Below, piece by piece: positions 43,375-64,000 of a DNA stretch of 64,000 nt. The DNA is from Amoebidium appalachense (Eukaryota; Protista; Ichthyosporea). The stretch lies in contig CAVNZM010000009.1 in NCBI GenBank assembly GCA_963693365.1, positions 7,979,408 through 8,043,407 of the forward strand, read 5' to 3'. The notes beneath the pieces were generated by a model. That model had not been told where the DNA came from. It saw only the letters and a program-made list of their open reading frames with translations, and ran no database searches. Numbering within the stretch: the first letter of the stretch is position 1; every line of letters starts with the position of its first letter. A program made the translations under genes and the position numbers.

Positions 43375-44002
43375 TGTATGTGCGTGCGTGTGTGTGCGTG
43401 CGTGCGTGTGTGTGTGTGTGGTACGTGTGGTTGTGTGTGAAAGCTGTGGTGATACAGTCGTGCTGAATGTGGGGTGTGTGTGGGTGTGGGTGTGGGTATA
43501 GGTGGGAGGGTGGGTGGGTGGGCCGGGGGGGGGGGGGGGGGGGGGGGGGGCATAGAAAAGCATCACAGTTTCGAGTACATGGCGGATTTTCTGATTCCTT
43601 CTGCCGATCAGACAGAGCATGGTCCAGCCATAAAGATATTGAGAGATTATCTACGACGATGTGCTCTGCATTTTGGATATATGGTGGGGATATACTACAA
43701 TATTTCACTCGGAGATATATACTGATATGTCTAAAATTTACGTCGGATATGACGCGTAACATAGTTCATTCGCTGTAGCTACTAGCAATTACCAATCCGA
43801 TGTAGTCATCTTGAGCAGTGCACGTATTAGCTTCAGTTACTAGAAAGTTTATGTCCGAAACATCAAATATGGGTGTGTTTACCTGTGTTGTGCACCGTGT
43901 TTGAGTGTATGTGCCCAGATGTGCCCTAATGCCATGTTGTGTGTGATGTCACGGTGTGTTACAGTAACAGCATGTTGTGTGTGTTTCACGTGTGTGTGTG
44001 TG

Positions 44003-44047
<45 letters not shown>

Positions 44048-44244
44048 TGTGTGTGTGTGTGTGGTGGTGGTGCGGGGGGGGGGGGGGGGGGGGGGGGAGG
44101 GTTGGTGAATGGGTGGTGGGTGACTGTGTGCGTGTGTGTGTACTAAGGCCAACATCTCATCACTTACACACACCATTCAATATATCTCTTACATTTAGCC
44201 AATTAGCGTGTGTCTCAACTGCACTGGCAAGTCTGAATAACTTT

Positions 44245-45238
44245 TCACGCCTTGGTCTTCCTCGTATGATGCTCATCTTCCAACTTTGCCTGAACTTGTT
44301 CCATAGTCAGCCCTGTCGTTTCCGGCACCATTACCGCAACAAACACACAACTTACAATCGCGGTACCTGTACAAATAAGGAAACTGAACCCTCCAATCGC
44401 GTCGCTGATCAGCGGGAATACAAAGGCAATAGCAGCCTGTGAAAGACGATAACACATTTGATTGGTTGCCACGCCGAGACCTCTCTGTTCGGTTGGGAAC
44501 AGTTCCGGTGAAATAACGAACTGAACCCCCATTGGGAAAAACCCGAAAAACTCGATCCCGAGAAGAAAAGCAACAGCGGCGTAGTTCCACGCATCCACAT
44601 AACCAAACTGCGACGCAACAGCAAAAAAAGCTGCCATTACAGAAGCCACCGCCCAACCAATCAGCATTGTTTTTTTCCTTCCAATCCACTCAACCAAAGG
44701 GTTGGAAACAATCGTAGATAGAAACATGGCAGCACCAACATAGACACCGGCAATCTCAGGGTTGTTCAGACCAGCTTGGATAAAAGTTTCGTTGCTGTAG
44801 TAAACGACAAAGTATCCTGACGCAAAGGGTGTGATGATGGGAAGAACAGTGACGATAAGCAAGGGGCGGTAAAGATACGGGTTTTTCAACATGGCCTTGT
44901 ATGCACCGAAAAAGGACTTCTTGTCGGTTTCAGCTTGTTTTTCGTGCGCCACACGGTATTCCTCGTATTCTTGGTCGACGTTCTTTGTCCAACGCAGCCT
45001 GTGGGGTGCAATATGTACATGTGAGCATGTACATGAGGAAGTTTTCAAACATTGTATCATGACCAGAAATTCTCCTCGAATGATACCAGGTTGGGCATGC
45101 AGGCAGAGGTTGTATAGGTTCTGAGTGTGGTGTCGCAGTGGTATGGGGAAAATAACCATGGCGAAAGAGGAAGAAAGATGTTGTACGAGTTATTGAGCCA
45201 AGAACGGATCAGGCGTCTGTGCACATGTGCCTGTGCTT

Positions 45239-45271
<33 letters not shown>

Positions 45272-46851
45272 GGGGGGGGGGGGTAGTGAGAGGAGGGATG
45301 GGGGGGGGGGGGGGGGGGGGGGGGGAGCGGGGGTGTGGGAGGGGAAGGGGGGGGGGGGGGGAGGGGGAGGGCCGAGGTGGGGGGGGGGGGGGGGTACTTT
45401 TCAAGAACACGGCGTGCCTTCTCCTCTTTTCCTTGCACATACAATGTCCGGGGGCTTTCAGGCAAAAACGAAGCAATGGCCAGATGCAACACAGCAGGAA
45501 GCACGCTCACACAGTACAGCCCCCGCCATAACTCAGGTGTTCCCATGACGATGCTCATACCCATAACCATCCCCCCAAGACACCCTGCAGCAAAAACACT
45601 TTGCGATAATATGGTCAAAGGTCCGCGGCAACGCACGGTAGAACACTCCTGTATGTAAACCATATTCGCAGATCCGTTAATTCCTATCCCCACGCCCGCG
45701 ATGATCCGTCCTACGACGAGCATGGCGTAGTTTTGCGAAAAAAGCATCATGATTCCAGCGGTAAGGTAGAGAGCGTTGTTGTACAATTGAGTTTTGTGGG
45801 CACCCACCCTCCTAATGAAATAAGCAGCGGGAAACGAGCCCAAACATGCACCAATAGGGAACAACGCCACGACAAGTGCCCATTGGGCGTCTGTCAGAGG
45901 TTCCCCTCGGTCAGCAAGCCATTTCCTGACGGCGGGCCTGCGGAGGGCAAGGGTATGCAGAGGGAAGTTCAGAAACTGTTACATGCATGTAGACGGGCGG
46001 GTGTGCACGTGCTTGTTAGTGAGGCCCAAGATTCCCTGTTCCTTCTTCTACGGTAGATTTGTTTGGGGGTGGATGCCACTACAGGCAGCCCCTCTGGGGA
46101 CTGCGGCGGGAGAGGCCAGGGGGGGGAGGGGGGGGGGGGGGGAGGGAGGGAGGGAGGGAGGGAGGGGGGGGGGGGGAGGGGGGGGGGGAAGGTTGCTGCT
46201 AACGACGGTAGAGTTATCTGTTTAAGCATACACACCTGCATGACAGTGTATTTCACAGTTTGTATGGTCTCATGGTTGTGCACATTGTGGTCTTTCGAAT
46301 GAGTGTGTGCAAGGTAAAGTGCCCTCACGAACTCGAAAAGCCAGGATTATTTGCATTTATTTATCAATTTGTTTTCGGCTAAGAAAAAAGCATTAACCGC
46401 TTCAGGAGAAGCGCGTGTACGTGTGTGCAGATAAAAGATCTATGCCGTGTACATGCGAAAGAGGGGAAAGGAGAGGTATCGCGATTGGGAAGGAAAAAAC
46501 ATACGCAGAGTTGTTGACGACAGTGTTTGCAAACCCATCAGCAAAACCGGGAAGAGCGGCCACGACAGAAACCAACACCAGCATGGGCGTCATTTTCTGC
46601 TCTTCTTCCCCAACGGGACATTCGCCTGTTTCTTCGCATTTCCTTTGTGCAAAAACACGCGCAGTATTGGAATCTTCCCTTTGAAACGAGCGTGCATCGT
46701 CTTGCTTTCCGCTCGAGGCTGTTTTCTTTTCTACTAAAGGTATTTCAAACATGATTGGGGCGAAAGATACATTATTAATTTCCTGGGATTTCACATCGCC
46801 TTCTTGGTGAGATTGGAGGTTAACTCCAGATGTATTACTTGGAGAAGCCAT
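44245..46851 (-). CDS. MFS sugar porter (GLUT/SLC2A-like), 3 exons, ~546 aa
   Basis: Exons 46851-46505, 45937-45398 and 44998-44245 are phase-consistent with GT-AG introns. Motifs VGRIIAGVGIG, YIQECS..RG, FLPESPR, VEWIGRK, ELFPTEQR and VPETTG, plus multiple hydrophobic helices. Confidence 0.93.
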
Positions 46852-47181
46852 GCTGATGATGAATGCGATACCATACAAGGACGATAATAAAGTTGTATTT
46901 GCTGTAGATTGCGCGACACGGGAACCTGTGATTATATCAAAAGGGCAATCCAGATTAGCCAATCATATATCACTATCCTGTTAGATGCAGTACCTCCTAA
47001 ACTCACCGTTTCATACACTTGGTATACACATGAATCTCTGCAAATCTCACACCAATAGAGAACTTATTTAAAAGCGCCATAATTTGATATAAAGGATTTT
47101 CTAGAGAGAGCGATATTGTTGAGAAGTCTTCGTCAATTGTTGTTCATGTAGCCTAGAGGACCGCATCGATTCAAGATTGCC

Positions 47182-47244
47182 GGTGAAAAAAGCCTTCGCC
47201 ATCTAAACCCAAGCCGGGTTTAGATGGCGAAGACTTTTTTCACC
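47182..47244. repeat. 29-bp-arm hairpin upstream of the sugar transporter
   Basis: GGTGAAAAAAGCCTTCGCCATCTAAACCC-AAGCC-GGGTTTAGATGGCGAAGACTTTTTTCACC, with one mismatch. Confidence 0.9.
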
Positions 47245-48086
47245 AATCGGGAAGCTTTACATATTTTGATTGGCTGCTTCGTCGTCCCGATTTGCGGGAA
47301 TGTTCTGGTGTGTTTCGGCTTTCTGTGAGCGAGAACCGGTTCAAGTTTCAACAACATAACATGCTTATGCAGCGTACTAGGTTGTACAAGCAATAACCGC
47401 CGAACACAAATGCGGCCTTACCGTTCCAGCGGCCTGGGTATGTGTGTGTCTTTATGTGTTTGTGTGTGTGCGTGTGTGTGCGTGTGTGCATGTGTGCGCA
47501 TGTGCGCGCGTGTGTGAACGTGTGCATGTACATAACGGGCGTGTGCGTGACCACGGGTGTGCACATAATGTGTGTACATGTATGCGCGCGCGTGTGTGTG
47601 GGAACATGTTTACACGCGTGTGTCAAGTGTGTGTGTGTGTGTGTGGCGTGGGGGGAGGGGGGTGGGGGGAGGGTGGGTGGCGGGGGGAGAGGGGAGGCGT
47701 ATGTGTACATGTGGGTCAGCAAGTACATGTATGCAAGTTGAAATGATGTATTGTTACTTGGCCGTGGAATTGAGATAAGAGAACTAAAAGCGTACATACT
47801 CTTTGGAAAAAGAGGCATAAACTCCAGATAACAATTGCAGAGATGTAGCCTGCATGTATGTATAGCCGTTTACGGTGTGCCACGTCGGGCCGGGCCCAAC
47901 GGTTCTACTATATATATCTACGTCCTACTACTATTATTAATAATATGTGCAACAGACTAGCTGTGTGCGGGTGCGAGTGTGCATGCCAATGTGTGTGTGG
48001 TTCCAAATGATATCGATGGGCATCAGGACACGGAGGGAGATTTTTCGCGTGTTCGTGTCACGGACTGTTCGTGTTATGGAGTGTTC

Positions 48087-48117
<31 letters not shown>

Positions 48118-48980
48118 TGTGTTTGTGGGTGTGTGAGCGTATGTGTGTGTTTGTGGGTGTGTGAGTGTATGTGTGTTCGCGCGCGCGCGTGCGTGCGTGT
48201 GTTTGTGTCACGGCATGTGTGCGCACACCCACGCACGCATGCGTTTGTGCGTGGGAAGCGTGGGTGTATGCGTGCACTTGTGTACGTGTGTGTCACTGTA
48301 TGTGCACGCACGCACGCTGCAGTGCGTGTCCATGGCACACTCTAGCAGGTTGCTTAAAGAGTGTGTTATGCGTGGTGTGTATTAATTTTGAGATGATTTT
48401 CAGCGCAGAATTAATGGCATGCATGGCATTTTATACTCGTACTATGGTACACAAACGAGGCACCCATGACTTAAAACATAACTCAGTCCTCCCTTATCAA
48501 TGAGGGAAATATATTATCATAGTAAAAACTAACTTAAAGGTTAACGTTGTAATTTCGTGAAAGCTGGTGGAATAACTAACTACTAAATCGGTGATGTAAG
48601 CCGCAAGCAGGGCTGTAAATTCGGTCATTCATACAACACACTTCGGATACGTGTTATCTATCTATGTTAACCCCGGGTTATAGGCTATTAGTAAGTAGGG
48701 TACAATCAATGATGTATTAACTTAGTGGAAGACAGTATTGTAGTACCTCACAGGAACGCCAACGGGTCTCCTCCCGGGCAAAAAAAAAAAAAAAAAAAAA
48801 ACTCTTACAAAGGGTGCCTCTTGACACTACATACATACATCTTTCGGCTATTCCTGGCCCCAAGACTAATTAACAATATGTGAAATTGACCGGCGATTCA
48901 TGGCTTATGCCCTCTTCCCTCTTGCCGTGACACCGGTAAACTATATATGTATTCCTATTATCAATTTTTCGATGATTCTT

Positions 48981-64000
<15,020 letters not shown>

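Noticed and set aside
43551-43880. Possible coding remnant (IEKHHSFEYMADFLIP..)
   Set aside because: Short, interrupted by stops, and with no recognisable motif.
47865-48345. Helitron-like ends (TC..TACTACTATTATTAA start, GC hairpins, CTAG)
   Set aside because: The hairpins are imperfect, the A|T insertion context is not met, and there is no second copy in the window.

Overview
Eukaryotic genomic DNA whose introns are packed with poly-G/poly-C runs and (GT)n/(CA)n microsatellites. The gene set (SHIP-like 5-phosphatase, UVSSA, TSG101) fits a unicellular holozoan such as an ichthyosporean, but this is an inference. Almost all short ORFs in the track are repeat artefacts. Manual splicing recovers five minus-strand genes: a dynamin-family GTPase with an atypical P-loop, UVSSA, TSG101/Vps23, a GLUT-like sugar transporter and a 5'-incomplete SHIP-like inositol 5-phosphatase. 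On the plus strand is a decayed plant-type GT92 glycosyltransferase pseudogene. Non-coding highlights: (1) a 1.7-kb TGT..ACA element with ~60-bp TIRs and a 4-bp TSD (Ginger-like) that carries a perfect 113-bp-arm palindrome; (2) a tRNA-Glu(CTC) cut off at the D-loop 300 bp from it; (3) a ~77-bp poly-G-anchored element dispersed through introns of three genes; (4) decaying tandem 'echoes' of exon 3' ends plus splice donors in two genes; (5) several small TSD/TIR-bounded insertions; (6) probable GC-AG introns. All calls come from reading the sequence; no searches were run.
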